Positions 10,338 to 19,983 of a DNA stretch of 64,000 bases are shown here, in pieces. Position 1 is the first letter of the stretch, and each line of letters opens with the position of its first letter. This DNA comes from Gammaproteobacteria bacterium (GTDB lineage: Bacteria > Pseudomonadota > Gammaproteobacteria > Steroidobacterales > Steroidobacteraceae). The notes under the pieces were generated by a model. The model saw nothing but the letters and a program-made list of their open reading frames with translations. It was not told where the DNA came from and did no database searches. Location of the stretch: positions 21,783 through 85,782 of the forward strand of contig JAGWWY010000010.1 of the NCBI GenBank assembly GCA_018970145.1, read 5' to 3'. The position numbers and the translations under genes were made by a program.

Positions 10338-11575
10338 ACCTCATCGACCGTCCACTTGCTCATTACGATGTCGAGCGAGTACGTCAGGACTTCCCAATTC
10401 TCGCGACCACGATACGCGGCAAACGCTTGGCGTTTCTCGATACGGCCGCCTCGTCCCAGCGACCAAACTCGGTCATCGAGGCGATCGTGCACTACGAACG
10501 CCACCTCCACGCGAATGTGCATCGCGGGGTCTATGAACTCAGTCAAAAAGCCACCGACGCCTTCGAAGCGGCGCGTGAACGCGTCAGAGTGTTCCTCAAC
10601 GCGCGCTCCACGCGTGAAGTGATCTTTACCCGCGGCGCGACCGAGTCGATCAATCTCGTCGCCGAGTCCTGGGGGCGATCTTTGCAACCAGGCGATGAAA
10701 TCCTCATCAGTTGGATGGAGCACCACGCCAACATCGTGCCGTGGCAGATGGCATGCGAGCGTAGCGGCGCGGTGCTGCGCGTGATTCCGATCGATCGACG
10801 CGGCGAGCTCGATCTTGCCGCCTTTCACCACCTCCTGACCCCCAAAACCCGATTGGTCGCCATCACCCAGATTTCCAATTCGTTGGGGACCGTCGTACCG
10901 ATCGCCGAAATCATCGCCGCCGCGCAACGCAACGGGAGTCTCGTGCTTGTCGATGGCGCGCAGGCCGTGGCGCACCAACGTATCGACGTGCAGGCACTCG
11001 ACTGCGACTTCTACGTGTTTTCCAGCCACAAACTCTACGGCCCGACCGGCGTGGGTGTGCTTTGGGCACGCGAAACCGTCCTCTCCGATATGCCACCCTG
11101 GCAAGGCGGTGGCGACATGATCCGAACGGTCTCTTTCGAAAAAACTACCTACAACGAACTGCCCTACCGCTTCGAAGCGGGCACGCCGAACATTTCCGGC
11201 GCCATCGGTCTCGCCGCCGCGATCGACTATCTTGAATCACTCGACATCGACAAGGTTCATGCGCACGAACAGGCGCTGCTGCGCTACGCGACCGATGCGC
11301 TCCGTGCCATCCCGGGCTTGCAGATCATCGGTGAAGCCGCCCGCAAGGGCGGCGTCATCTCCTTCACGCTCGAGCAAGTGCATCCGCATGACCTTGGCAC
11401 CATTCTCGATACGGAAGGGGTCGCCGTGCGTGCCGGGCACCACTGCGCCATGCCAGTGATGGATTTCTTTGGAGTCCCGGCGACCGCGCGCGCCTCCTTC
11501 GGCTGTTATACGAATCGCGAGGATGTCGACCAATTGATCGGCGCGCTGCACCGCGCCTTGGAGGTTTTCGGCTGA
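10334..11575 (+). CDS. sufS: Cysteine desulfurase SufS
   Basis: It is a class-V aminotransferase fold protein with the PLP-Lys motif (FSSHKLYGPTG) and the active-site region RAGHHCA. Its ATG overlaps the sufD stop (ATGA). Confidence 0.95.
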   Translation: MNLIDRPLAHYDVERVRQDFPILATTIRGKRLAFLDTAASSQRPNSVIEAIVHYERHLHANVHRGVYELSQKATDAFEAARERVRVFLNARSTREVIFTRGATESINLVAESWGRSLQPGDEILISWMEHHANIVPWQMACERSGAVLRVIPIDRRGELDLAAFHHLLTPKTRLVAITQISNSLGTVVPIAEIIAAAQRNGSLVLVDGAQAVAHQRIDVQALDCDFYVFSSHKLYGPTGVGVLWARETVLSDMPPWQGGGDMIRTVSFEKTTYNELPYRFEAGTPNISGAIGLAAAIDYLESLDIDKVHAHEQALLRYATDALRAIPGLQIIGEAARKGGVISFTLEQVHPHDLGTILDTEGVAVRAGHHCAMPVMDFFGVPATARASFGCYTNREDVDQLIGALHRALEVFG

Positions 11576-12027
11576 TGGACCTGAAGGACTTGTATCGAGA
11601 CGTCATTCTCGATCACAACAAGAAACCACGCAATTTCGGCAAGCTCGAACCTTGCGATACCTCAGCTGACGGGCACAACCCTCTCTGCGGCGATCGTTTG
11701 ACACTGACGCTGCGGATCGATGGAGACACCGTCAGCGATGTTCGCTTCGAGGGTCAGGGTTGCGCCATTTCGACGGCCTCGGCTTCCTTGATGACCGAGG
11801 CGATCAAGGGACTCGATGAGACGGCGATTACGACATTGAGTGAGATGGTACATCGTGCGCTCACCTCATCGAGTGATGCGGCGATCCCGGAAGGACTCGG
11901 TAAACTCGCAGCGCTCGCCGGAGTGCGCGAGTACCCGGCACGCGTCAAATGCGCCAGCCTCTGCTGGCATACGTTGACCGCCGCTCTCGCCCGACGTGAC
12001 GGCAGTACCGCCGTTTCAACGGAATGA
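11575..12027 (+). CDS. sufU: SufU-type (NifU/IscU-like) sulfur transfer/scaffold protein
   Basis: It has three conserved Cys contexts (NPLCGD, GQGCAIS, KCASLCW) typical of SufU. Its ATG overlaps the sufS stop by 1 nt. Confidence 0.85.
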   Translation: MDLKDLYRDVILDHNKKPRNFGKLEPCDTSADGHNPLCGDRLTLTLRIDGDTVSDVRFEGQGCAISTASASLMTEAIKGLDETAITTLSEMVHRALTSSSDAAIPEGLGKLAALAGVREYPARVKCASLCWHTLTAALARRDGSTAVSTE

Positions 12028-12031
12028 CACC

Positions 12032-12583
12032 ATGCGCAGTCACGAGAACGAAGCGTTCATCCTCGCGCGCGATACGCCGGCGGTCATGGTGCCCTCGGGC
12101 GATGCGATCACGCTGAAGTCGGGTCTTTCCGGCTTCATCACGCAGGCTTTGGGCGGCAGCTTCACGCTGTATATCGAAGGCAACCTCTATCGTCTGTCGG
12201 GCGAGAACGCCGACGCCATCGGCAAGCAGACCTTGCAAGCCCCAGAGTTACCACCCGATGCCACCGCGGCGGATGTCCAAGCGCTGGCCTGGCAACAGAT
12301 GCGCCGCTGCTACGATCCCGAGATCCCGATCAACATCGTCGAGCTCGGCCTCGTGTACGAATGTGAAGTGCTGCCGAACGAAGACGGCACACGGGATCTG
12401 GCGGTCAAGATGACCTTGACCGCCCCTGGCTGCGGCATGGGCGATGTACTCGTCCAAGATGTCAAAGAAAAAATCGAAATCATTCCGACTGTACGCGAGG
12501 CGAAAGTCGAGCTCGTCTTCGATCCGCCCTGGAATCAGTCGATGATGTCGGAAGCCGCGCGTCTGCAAACGGGGATGATGTGA
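12032..12583 (+). CDS. sufT: SufT-like Fe-S assembly protein (DUF59/MIP18 domain with N-terminal extension)
   Basis: It has a DUF59 core (CYDPEIPINIVELGLVY...TAPGCGMG) and lies inside the suf operon. Confidence 0.75.
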   Translation: MRSHENEAFILARDTPAVMVPSGDAITLKSGLSGFITQALGGSFTLYIEGNLYRLSGENADAIGKQTLQAPELPPDATAADVQALAWQQMRRCYDPEIPINIVELGLVYECEVLPNEDGTRDLAVKMTLTAPGCGMGDVLVQDVKEKIEIIPTVREAKVELVFDPPWNQSMMSEAARLQTGMM

Positions 12584-12912
12584 GCCAGCCGTGGATCACG
12601 GCGGGATCGATCGAGCAACTCGCCGCCAAGTCTCGCCTCGAAGTCGAAATCGACGGCGACTACATTGCGATCGCCCGCTTGAACGGCCAACTGCACGCCT
12701 TCGAAGACCGCTGCACCCACGACGGCGAGGCGCTCGCCGGTGCCGAGCTAGAGCGTGATGCCACCACACCCTGCGGTGTCGTAATCTGCCCACGACATGG
12801 CGCTCGCTTCTGTCTCGAGACTGGCGCCGCACTCACGCCGCCGGCTTACGAGCCGATCCGTATTTTCGAGGCTCGAGAGCGCGACGGCCAAATCGAGGTG
12901 CGTCGACCTTGA
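12580..12912 (+). CDS. Rieske [2Fe-2S] ferredoxin-like protein
   Basis: It has the Rieske ligand boxes CTHDG and CPRHGARF. Its GTG start overlaps the sufT stop. Confidence 0.8.
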   Translation: MSQPWITAGSIEQLAAKSRLEVEIDGDYIAIARLNGQLHAFEDRCTHDGEALAGAELERDATTPCGVVICPRHGARFCLETGAALTPPAYEPIRIFEARERDGQIEVRRP

Positions 12913-13400
12913 TGCAACGACGCTTGACGCTGCTGCGCCACGGTCACGCCGAAGCGTCGGCGTCCGGTGGCGATAGCGATCGCGCCCTGGATGAGAGCGG
13001 CCGCAACGAGGTGACCACTGCCGCGGCGGCGCTTGCGCGCCTCGAAAAGCCGACTCGATTGATCGTCAGCAGCGCCCGCCGCACTCGAGAGACGGCTGCG
13101 ATCCTCACTCAGATTCTTGCGCTACAGGCGGCGCAGATCGAATATCTCCCGGAGCTGTATTTGGCGAGCAACGGAACCTTGCGACGAGTCATCGACGCGC
13201 AACCCGATGAGCACACTCAGTTGTGCCTCATCGGCCACAACCCGGGATTATCGGATTTCGTTTACGAAACGCTACCGGAGGGCTTGCCGCGTGAGACCTT
13301 TCGCGGCCTGAGCACGGGCGGATGGACGTCGTGGCAATTCACCGCTACCAGTTGGCGGGCATTCGCGCCCAAGGTCGGTTACACCATCACGCAGGGTTGA
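12912..13400 (+). CDS. sixA: SixA-like histidine phosphatase (phosphohistidine phosphatase family)
   Basis: It has the RHG catalytic motif (LLRHGHAE) and a later IGHNPG block, and its size (~162 aa) is typical of SixA. ATG 12912 overlaps the Rieske gene stop by 1 nt (TGATG). Confidence 0.7.
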   Translation: MQRRLTLLRHGHAEASASGGDSDRALDESGRNEVTTAAAALARLEKPTRLIVSSARRTRETAAILTQILALQAAQIEYLPELYLASNGTLRRVIDAQPDEHTQLCLIGHNPGLSDFVYETLPEGLPRETFRGLSTGGWTSWQFTATSWRAFAPKVGYTITQG

Positions 13401-13404
13401 TCGT

Positions 13405-15324
13405 TCAATCAATTTTGCCGGCCAAAGCCTGCGCGATATAACGGGCGGGCACTCGAGTTCGTGGCAAGCGAACACTCGGCATGACGTCGGCGAACCAGTC
13501 GCGCACCGGACGATCGAGCGCGACGCCATGCATGTAGTTGTACAGCGCAGTGCCGAGTGCTTTGCCAAGCGAATCGTGATCGACGCCCGTCGGATCGTGG
13601 AAACCAATATCGTTGCGCGCGAATCGTCCCGACGATGGTGCAACCAAGGTAACGCCATACTCAGCCGGGTTTAGACCCACCGGTGAATGTACCGTACAGG
13701 TGAACCGATGGAAGTATCCCGACTGCAGACAACCTTCGGCGAATAGCTGACGAACGTATTCGAGAGAATCCATGGTTTCGGCCACGGTCTGCGTCGGAAA
13801 GCCGTACATCAGATAAGCGTGCACAAGGATGCCCGCATCGGTGAAGGCGCGTGTCACACGCGCCACCTGCGCGACGGACACCCCTTTTTTCATGAGCTTC
13901 AATAGGCGATCGGAGGCAACTTCGAGCCCACCAGAGACGGCAATACAACCACTCGCCGCCAACTCCTCGCACAGCGTCGGCGTAAAGGTCTTCTCGAAGC
14001 GAATGTTTCCCCACCACGAGATCGTCGTCTTTCGACGCAGCAACTCGGCAGCAAGTGATTTCAATACTTTGGGCGGTGCTGCCTCATCGACGAAATGAAA
14101 ACCGGTCTCGCCGGTCTCGGCAACGATCGCCTCGATTCGGTCGACTAGCACCGCAGCCGCGGCGGTTTGATAGTTGGCGATGTAATCGAGGCTCACATCG
14201 CAAAAACTACATTTCTTCCAATAGCAACCATGCGCGATAGTGAGCTTGTTCCAACGACCCTCGGACCATAATCGGTGCATCGGATTGAGCATGTCGAGCA
14301 GCGAGAGATAGCGCTCAAGAGGCAAGCCTTGCCAACTCGGTGTGCCGGTGTCGGCAAAGGCGATCTCCAGATCACCTGCATCGACGTAGCGCACCTCACC
14401 GGCCGCGTTGCGAAGGAAGGTGCGGATCAAATGCGCGTCATGACGTCGGCCCTGCCAATGCTCGATGAGCGCCCAGAGCGGCGCCTCACCGCGATCGAGG
14501 GTCACGTAGTCGACGAAATCAAAGAGTCGCGGTTCGGCAAGCTCACGCAATTCGGTGTTCGCATAGCCACCTCCCATCACGATGGTCGCATCAGGCCGCT
14601 CGGTGCGTATGGTCTGGGCAATACGCAAGGCACCGTAGAGCGCTCCAGGAAACGGCACCGACAGCAAGACGATATCCGGCTGATGCTGCTGCAGAACCTG
14701 CCGGGTAAGCCGCTCGAGGTGTTGATCGAGTAGGTTTCGGGGCCGTGCCAGAGCCTGCGCCAACGGCTCGAAGCTCGATTGGCTCGCCGCCAATTTTTCA
14801 CCGTAGCGCACGAACTCGAAGCCCGGATCGACGGCATCGCGGATCACATCGGCGATATCGTTGAGGTACAGCGTGGCAACGTGTCGCGCGCGATCCTGCG
14901 TCCCCAAAGCACCAAACGCCCACGCGAGCGGATCCTCACCCTCATAGGCCGAGAGAGCCGCAAACCGAGGCCCCTCCGGCAAATAACGGCGCGAGACGAT
15001 ACGATGCGCCAACGTGGCATCCCGTCCCTGCAAAAACGCGATGACAGACTCAACGGTCGATGCATAGATTTCACTCGCCGCGAGGAAAGAGCGCTCCGCC
15101 TCCGTTCGCCGCTTCACGTGACGCTGCTCAACGGCCGCTGCAAGCGCCTCGAGCCCAGCTGCCGTCATCACGGACAACACAAGCTCCAGCGCGAGATCCG
15201 CCTGAGCGATCGGTACCTCGCGGCTACGCAAAAATCCGGTGAGGTAAGCCGTCGCCGGATACGGGGTGTTCAACTGGGTCATCGGCGGGATCAGCGCGAG
15301 GACGTTCGGCGGCGGCAAAGACAT
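13405..15324 (-). CDS. B12-binding-domain-like radical SAM protein, function unknown
   Basis: It has a Cys triad (CYWKKCSFC) followed by radical SAM core blocks (GFHFVDEA, IAVSGGLEVASDRLLKLMKKG, YLMYGFPTQT). It also has an N-terminal Rossmann-like segment (DIVLLSVPF...IVMGGGYANTE). Confidence 0.85.
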   Translation of the reverse strand: MSLPPPNVLALIPPMTQLNTPYPATAYLTGFLRSREVPIAQADLALELVLSVMTAAGLEALAAAVEQRHVKRRTEAERSFLAASEIYASTVESVIAFLQGRDATLAHRIVSRRYLPEGPRFAALSAYEGEDPLAWAFGALGTQDRARHVATLYLNDIADVIRDAVDPGFEFVRYGEKLAASQSSFEPLAQALARPRNLLDQHLERLTRQVLQQHQPDIVLLSVPFPGALYGALRIAQTIRTERPDATIVMGGGYANTELRELAEPRLFDFVDYVTLDRGEAPLWALIEHWQGRRHDAHLIRTFLRNAAGEVRYVDAGDLEIAFADTGTPSWQGLPLERYLSLLDMLNPMHRLWSEGRWNKLTIAHGCYWKKCSFCDVSLDYIANYQTAAAAVLVDRIEAIVAETGETGFHFVDEAAPPKVLKSLAAELLRRKTTISWWGNIRFEKTFTPTLCEELAASGCIAVSGGLEVASDRLLKLMKKGVSVAQVARVTRAFTDAGILVHAYLMYGFPTQTVAETMDSLEYVRQLFAEGCLQSGYFHRFTCTVHSPVGLNPAEYGVTLVAPSSGRFARNDIGFHDPTGVDHDSLGKALGTALYNYMHGVALDRPVRDWFADVMPSVRLPRTRVPARYIAQALAGKID

Positions 15325-15414
15325 TTGTGCATTATGCGAGATACCGAGACACGGTTGAAATGCCGATCACGCGTCCCCACTCATGATTCAAATTCCATTC
15401 TCGAGCGCGACACC

Positions 15415-16131
15415 ATGAGCCAAGCCCTAGCTGTGACCACCGCGAACTTCCGCGAACAAGTCATTGAATCCTCCCATCAGCAGCCCGTCTTGGTGGATTT
15501 TTGGGCGCCTTGGTGCGGACCCTGTCGCATGCTAGGGCCCGTGCTCGATCAATTGGCCGCGAACACACCCGGCATCAAGGTCGTGAAGCTCAATACCGAC
15601 GAAGAGCCGGAGGTCGCCAGCGCTTATTCGATTCGCAGCATTCCCGCAGTGAAGCTTTTTAAGAACGGCCAAGTCGTCGATGAATTCGTCGGCGCACAAC
15701 CGCTCGGCGCGGTCAAAGCCTTTGTCGCAGCGCACCTGCCCAAAGACATCGACCCGCGCCTCGCAGAGGCGGAGCAGTGGATCCTGGCGGGCAACATAGG
15801 CGAAGCGGAAACCCTGCTCGACTCGCTATCGCCAGTGATGCAGAGCGAGCCAGAGGTCAAAGCCTTGCGTGCGAAGCTGTATTTCGCCCGCATCGCACTA
15901 TCGCCCGATGAAACCGACTCCATCCAAACAGCGCGTGTCGCGGCGGCGCGCTATCTGCTGAAAGATGCTTGGACATCCGGGGTGGAGTCACTTTTTGCGG
16001 CTGCAGAACGCAATCGTCGCTACGCCACGAGCGCAGGTCGCGAGGATCTCCGGCAGGCGTTTGATCTCGGCACGGCCGATGAAGTCAGTCTCGCGGCCGC
16101 GCGTCGCCGTCTTGCAGCACTGCTATATTGA
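15415..16131 (+). CDS. Thioredoxin-domain protein with C-terminal TPR-like domain (YbbN/CnoX-like architecture)
   Basis: It has a canonical WCGPC active site in a Trx fold (DFWAPWCGPCRMLGP) and a ~130-aa helical C-terminal extension. The real start is ATG 15415. The upstream part of ORF 14779..16131 is a shadow of the radical SAM gene. Confidence 0.85.
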   Translation: MSQALAVTTANFREQVIESSHQQPVLVDFWAPWCGPCRMLGPVLDQLAANTPGIKVVKLNTDEEPEVASAYSIRSIPAVKLFKNGQVVDEFVGAQPLGAVKAFVAAHLPKDIDPRLAEAEQWILAGNIGEAETLLDSLSPVMQSEPEVKALRAKLYFARIALSPDETDSIQTARVAAARYLLKDAWTSGVESLFAAAERNRRYATSAGREDLRQAFDLGTADEVSLAAARRRLAALLY

Positions 16132-16149
16132 CGGCCCGGTGCCCCCGCG

Positions 16150-16914
16150 CTAGTGCGCGGCCTCATCACGTAGGCGAGCCGCCTCAGCCTCACCCAAGTA
16201 GGCCTTGATCCAACCGCGGGCGAGGTACAACAAAGGAATGAGAGCGATTGCCGCGCCGAGTTTATAGAGGTAGTTGACCGTTCCGACCGCCAAAAACTGC
16301 GAAATGGGCCACTGCTGCGGCCCGAGCACGAAAGCGATGTAGAGCACGACGAAGCTGTCGATGAATTGCGAAACCGCCGTTGATCCGGTGGCCCGCAACC
16401 ATACGAGCTTTTCACCCGTGAATCGGCGAATCCGGTGGAAGACGGCCACATCGATCAATTGACCGATCAAAAAGGCCACAACCGACCCCATGATGGTCCA
16501 CAGCCCCTGGCCGAAAATCTGCGCGTAGGCGTGCTGGATGTCGGGAACTCCGAGATCCCGATTGGCATCCACCCAGAAGCCGGCCGGCGCAAGCGCGATA
16601 GAGGCGTACGCTGCAAAAAATGCGTAACAGATGAAGGCGACGGCGATCCACGAAATCAACCGGACGCCGCGTGGACCAAAGTATTCGTTGATGACGTCGG
16701 TCATCACGAACACGAATGGCCAGAGCAGCACACCCGCGGTGAAGTTGAGGTTGCCCGTGATCCCGAGCAACGACCACTCGAACGGCGCAATCCCGAGCGT
16801 ACTCTCGAGCGAGAAGATTTTCACGCCGACGAACTCGGCCAACAGCGCGTTGGTGAGAAAAAAACCGGCCAATACGATGAATAGCCGAGTCGCCTTGCCG
16901 TCCGTGATGCGCAT
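16150..16914 (-). CDS. yhhQ: Queuosine-precursor transporter (YhhQ/VUT family)
   Basis: It is a multi-pass membrane protein with a YhhQ-type block (PFVFVMTDVINEYFG). Confidence 0.85.
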   Translation of the reverse strand: MRITDGKATRLFIVLAGFFLTNALLAEFVGVKIFSLESTLGIAPFEWSLLGITGNLNFTAGVLLWPFVFVMTDVINEYFGPRGVRLISWIAVAFICYAFFAAYASIALAPAGFWVDANRDLGVPDIQHAYAQIFGQGLWTIMGSVVAFLIGQLIDVAVFHRIRRFTGEKLVWLRATGSTAVSQFIDSFVVLYIAFVLGPQQWPISQFLAVGTVNYLYKLGAAIALIPLLYLARGWIKAYLGEAEAARLRDEAAH

Positions 16915-16923
16915 CGCTGTGGG

Positions 16924-18774
16924 TCAGTAAGGTGTGCAGAAGCAGTGGGCGTAGAGCCGATCGGCGATCGCATACCGATTGAACCGCACCACCTCACGCT
17001 CCACCGGTCCGAAATCGCGCTTGGCCGCCTGCAAGACCCGAGCGGACATCAGATCGTCGGGACCCGCAACTCGCAGCATCAACGATGCTGCGGATGTTTC
17101 GACGGAGGCCACGAGCTCTTGTGCCCAGCTCTTGTCGGACTCGAGATAATCGCGCTCGTACTTACCCTCTTCGAGCCCCGCCCGCTTGGCTGCCGCTGCA
17201 ACGGCTTGATCGAGCGAACCTAACTGATCGACGAGACCTCGATCTTTTGCATCGCGCCCCGACCACACTCGCCCTTGAGCAATCGCATCGACATCATCGC
17301 GCGATTTGTTGCGACCCTTGGATACGCGCGCAAGGAAGTCTTCGTAACCGCGCTCGATCGTGGCCTGCAGCAACATCGCAGCAGCCGGACCCACCGATCG
17401 ATCGAGTCGCAGTTCACCCGAGAGCGGCGTCGTGCCGACGCCGTCGGTATTCACCCCGATCTTGTCGAGTGCCCGCGGTGCCGTCGGGAAGAGCCCGAAG
17501 ATACCGATGGATCCGGTGATCGTCGCGGGGCTCGCCCAGATCTCATCCGCCGGTGCGGCGATGTAATAGCCGCCTGAAGCAGCGAGGTCACCCATCGAAA
17601 CGACGACCGGTCGGCCGGTTTCTTTGAAAGCCAGCACTTCACGATAAATCTTTTCCGACGCCAGCACGCTACCGCCCGGACTGTCGATGCGCAGCACCAG
17701 CGCCTTGATGTCTTGATCCAATCGAGCTTTGCGGATCAACGCCGACATATCATCACCAGCGATCACACCGCCGCCACCAGACCCATCGACGATCTCGCCG
17801 GAACCGACCAGCACAGCGACGCGCGCATCCGGATGGCGCGAGATCTTGTCCTCGGCACGCACGATGCGCAGATAATCGTCGAGCCCTACGCTGCGATAAG
17901 TCTCTTTCTCGTCGTCCTTCGCAGCGAGCTCCATCACACGCTTTTCAACTTCGAGCGGTGTCTTCAGCGCCGTCACGAGTTTCGCATCAAGGGCGACCTT
18001 GGCCGTATCACCCTTGGCCGCCTTGACCGTGGGTGAGAGCGTATCGACGTACTGGCGCAGCGCCGCCGGCTCCATACCGCGCGCGACCGCGACGACATCG
18101 ATGTAGGTGCTCCACAGCGAATCGATGAAGGTCTGACTCGAAATGCGATCTTCGGGCGACATATCGTCGCGAATCCAAGGCTCGACGGCGCTCTTGAAAG
18201 TGCCGACGCGAAATACATTGACATCGATGCCGAGCTTATCGAGCGCGGATTTGTAATAGTTGCGATAGCGCTCGTAACCCTCGAGAACAACAAGCCCCAT
18301 CGGATCGAGATAAATCTCATCCGCGTGCGCCGCGACGTAGTAGGAATCGCGGCCATAGCCAGTGCCGTACGCAATCACCTTCTTGCCCGACTCGCGGAAC
18401 GAAGTCACCGCACGCGCAAATTCATCGAGAGTCGGTTGACCGGCAGCGCCCATCGCATCGAACTCGAGCACGAGTGTCTTGATGCGCTTGTCTTCCTTAG
18501 CCGCCTCGATGGCATCGGTCAGATCACGCAGGGTGGTCTCGTTGCGACCGAGGCCGCGCGCTTCGGCGAGCGCAACTTCCAGCGGATCACCGCTTTGTTG
18601 CTCGACGATCTCGCCCTCGGGGCGAATCACTAGCGCCGCGTCGTCGGGCATTTTCGGAATGCTGCCTTGCAGCGCTCCCACGACGAAACCGAAGATCGCA
18701 AGCAGCAGCAACAGATGCAGCGTCTTGCGCAAACCTTCGAACAGAGCCACGACGAAGCGGAAAAACCTACGCAT
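16924..18774 (-). CDS. sppA: Signal peptide peptidase SppA (67K type, duplicated S49 domain)
   Basis: It has two ClpP/S49-like halves, an N-terminal TM helix and a catalytic-Ser context (MGDLAASGGYYIA). Confidence 0.9.
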   Translation of the reverse strand: MRRFFRFVVALFEGLRKTLHLLLLLAIFGFVVGALQGSIPKMPDDAALVIRPEGEIVEQQSGDPLEVALAEARGLGRNETTLRDLTDAIEAAKEDKRIKTLVLEFDAMGAAGQPTLDEFARAVTSFRESGKKVIAYGTGYGRDSYYVAAHADEIYLDPMGLVVLEGYERYRNYYKSALDKLGIDVNVFRVGTFKSAVEPWIRDDMSPEDRISSQTFIDSLWSTYIDVVAVARGMEPAALRQYVDTLSPTVKAAKGDTAKVALDAKLVTALKTPLEVEKRVMELAAKDDEKETYRSVGLDDYLRIVRAEDKISRHPDARVAVLVGSGEIVDGSGGGGVIAGDDMSALIRKARLDQDIKALVLRIDSPGGSVLASEKIYREVLAFKETGRPVVVSMGDLAASGGYYIAAPADEIWASPATITGSIGIFGLFPTAPRALDKIGVNTDGVGTTPLSGELRLDRSVGPAAAMLLQATIERGYEDFLARVSKGRNKSRDDVDAIAQGRVWSGRDAKDRGLVDQLGSLDQAVAAAAKRAGLEEGKYERDYLESDKSWAQELVASVETSAASLMLRVAGPDDLMSARVLQAAKRDFGPVEREVVRFNRYAIADRLYAHCFCTPY

Positions 18775-18793
18775 GAACGCGAACCTCCACCAT

Positions 18794-18830
18794 CAAAAAC
18801 AAACGCCACCCCGAAAACTCGGGGTGGCGT
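18794..18830 (-). terminator. Rho-independent terminator after rplS
   Basis: On the minus strand there is a perfect 11-bp GC-rich stem (ACGCCACCCCG / CGGGGTGGCGT) with a 6-nt loop, followed by TTGTTTTTG. It lies 49 nt after the rplS stop. Confidence 0.75.
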
Positions 18831-18878
18831 TCACAAGTCTAGCAATGGGCGGGGCGGAGACGCCACGCGCCCGAGCGA

Positions 18879-19229
18879 TCAGACTTTTTCTTCGATGCGG
18901 GCAGCCTTGCCCGACAACCCGCGCAGGTAGTAGAGCTTGGCGCGACGAACGTTGCCGCGACGCTTCACCGACACATCGGCGATGCTCGGGCTGTGCGACT
19001 GGAAAGTACGCTCGACACCCTCACCGTGCGACATCTTGCGCACCGTAAACGACGAGTTGAAACCGCGATTGCTCTTGGCGATCACGACGCCCTCGTAAGC
19101 CTGCACGCGCTCACGATCGCCTTCGACCACTTTCACGTTCACCACCACCGTGTCGCCCGGCTTGAAATCCGGCAACTGACGGGTGATACGACGTTGTTCC
19201 ATTTCCGCGATGACATTAGCCATTTTCAT
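18879..19229 (-). CDS. rplS: 50S ribosomal protein L19
   Basis: The L19 sequence is clear ([30 protein letters not shown]). An alternative ATG lies at 19223. Confidence 0.95.
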   Translation of the reverse strand: MKMANVIAEMEQRRITRQLPDFKPGDTVVVNVKVVEGDRERVQAYEGVVIAKSNRGFNSSFTVRKMSHGEGVERTFQSHSPSIADVSVKRRGNVRRAKLYYLRGLSGKAARIEEKV

Positions 19230-19983
19230 CCACCTCTCGCTCGGCGAGATACTCGTTCAACAGGGCGCTCTCCTCTTCGGCGAGCGCTCGACCTTGGCCA
19301 TTATCGGCCCTTAGCAGATCGGGGCGCCGCAACCAGGTGCGACCCACGGCCTGCTTCATTCTCCAGCGCGCAATTGCCGCATGGTTTCCACCTTGCAGCA
19401 CCTGCGGCACCGATCGTCCCTCCCACTCGACCGGACGCGTGTAATGCGGCCAATCGAGTCTGCCGTCCGAGTGCGATTCCTGCTCACTCGAGCGCTCGTC
19501 ACCGAGCACTCCGGGCAGCAAACGCACCACGGCATCGATGACCGTGAGCGCCGCGAACTCGCCACCGGAGAGCACGTAGTCTCCGAGTGACACCTCGCGA
19601 TCGATGCGCGCGTCGATCACCCGCTGATCCAAGCCCTCGTAGCGGCTCGCCACCAGCACTAAGGCGGGCGAGGCGGCGAAACTTCGCGCCATCGCCTGCT
19701 CGAATCTCTCGCCCTGCGCTGACAAGTGCACCCGCGGGGTACCTGCAGCCACGAGGCTACTCGCCCGATCGATCGCCGCCGCCCAGGGCACCGGCGTTCC
19801 AACCATGCCCGGACCGCCGCCGTAAGGGCGATCATCGACCGTCTTGTGTGGATCTGTCGCGTATTGCCGCGGGTCCACACACTCGATCTGCACCAAGCCG
19901 CGCAGCATCGCGCGACCCAAGACGCCGTGTTCCAGAGCCCCCCGAACGAGGTCGGGGAACAACGTCACCACGACGATTTTCAT
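19216..19983 (-). CDS. trmD: tRNA (guanine37-N1)-methyltransferase TrmD
   Basis: The TrmD sequence starts at [12 protein letters not shown] and contains [15 protein letters not shown] 19983 overlaps the rimM stop. Confidence 0.95.
   Translation of the reverse strand: MKIVVVTLFPDLVRGALEHGVLGRAMLRGLVQIECVDPRQYATDPHKTVDDRPYGGGPGMVGTPVPWAAAIDRASSLVAAGTPRVHLSAQGERFEQAMARSFAASPALVLVASRYEGLDQRVIDARIDREVSLGDYVLSGGEFAALTVIDAVVRLLPGVLGDERSSEQESHSDGRLDWPHYTRPVEWEGRSVPQVLQGGNHAAIARWRMKQAVGRTWLRRPDLLRADNGQGRALAEEESALLNEYLAEREVDENG

Noticed and set aside
14779-15414. An N-terminal extension of 212 codons on the thioredoxin ORF (ORF 14779..16131).
   Set aside because: - It is antisense to the radical SAM gene.
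- It is Arg-rich with no motifs.
- The Trx domain begins right after ATG 15415, which lies in the 90-nt intergenic region.
16145-16160. The palindrome CCGCGC-TAGT-GCGCGG between the convergent trx-TPR and yhhQ genes, considered as a bidirectional terminator.
   Set aside because: - It is a 6-bp stem with no flanking T or A runs.
- It overlaps the yhhQ stop codon.
16915-16923. A search for preQ1 or cobalamin riboswitches upstream of yhhQ, queC/queE and the B12-domain radical SAM gene.
   Set aside because: - The upstream spacers are 9 nt (yhhQ), 0-9 nt (queE/queC) and 90 nt shared with a divergent gene (radical SAM).
- There is no room for these aptamers, and I saw no matching conserved cores.
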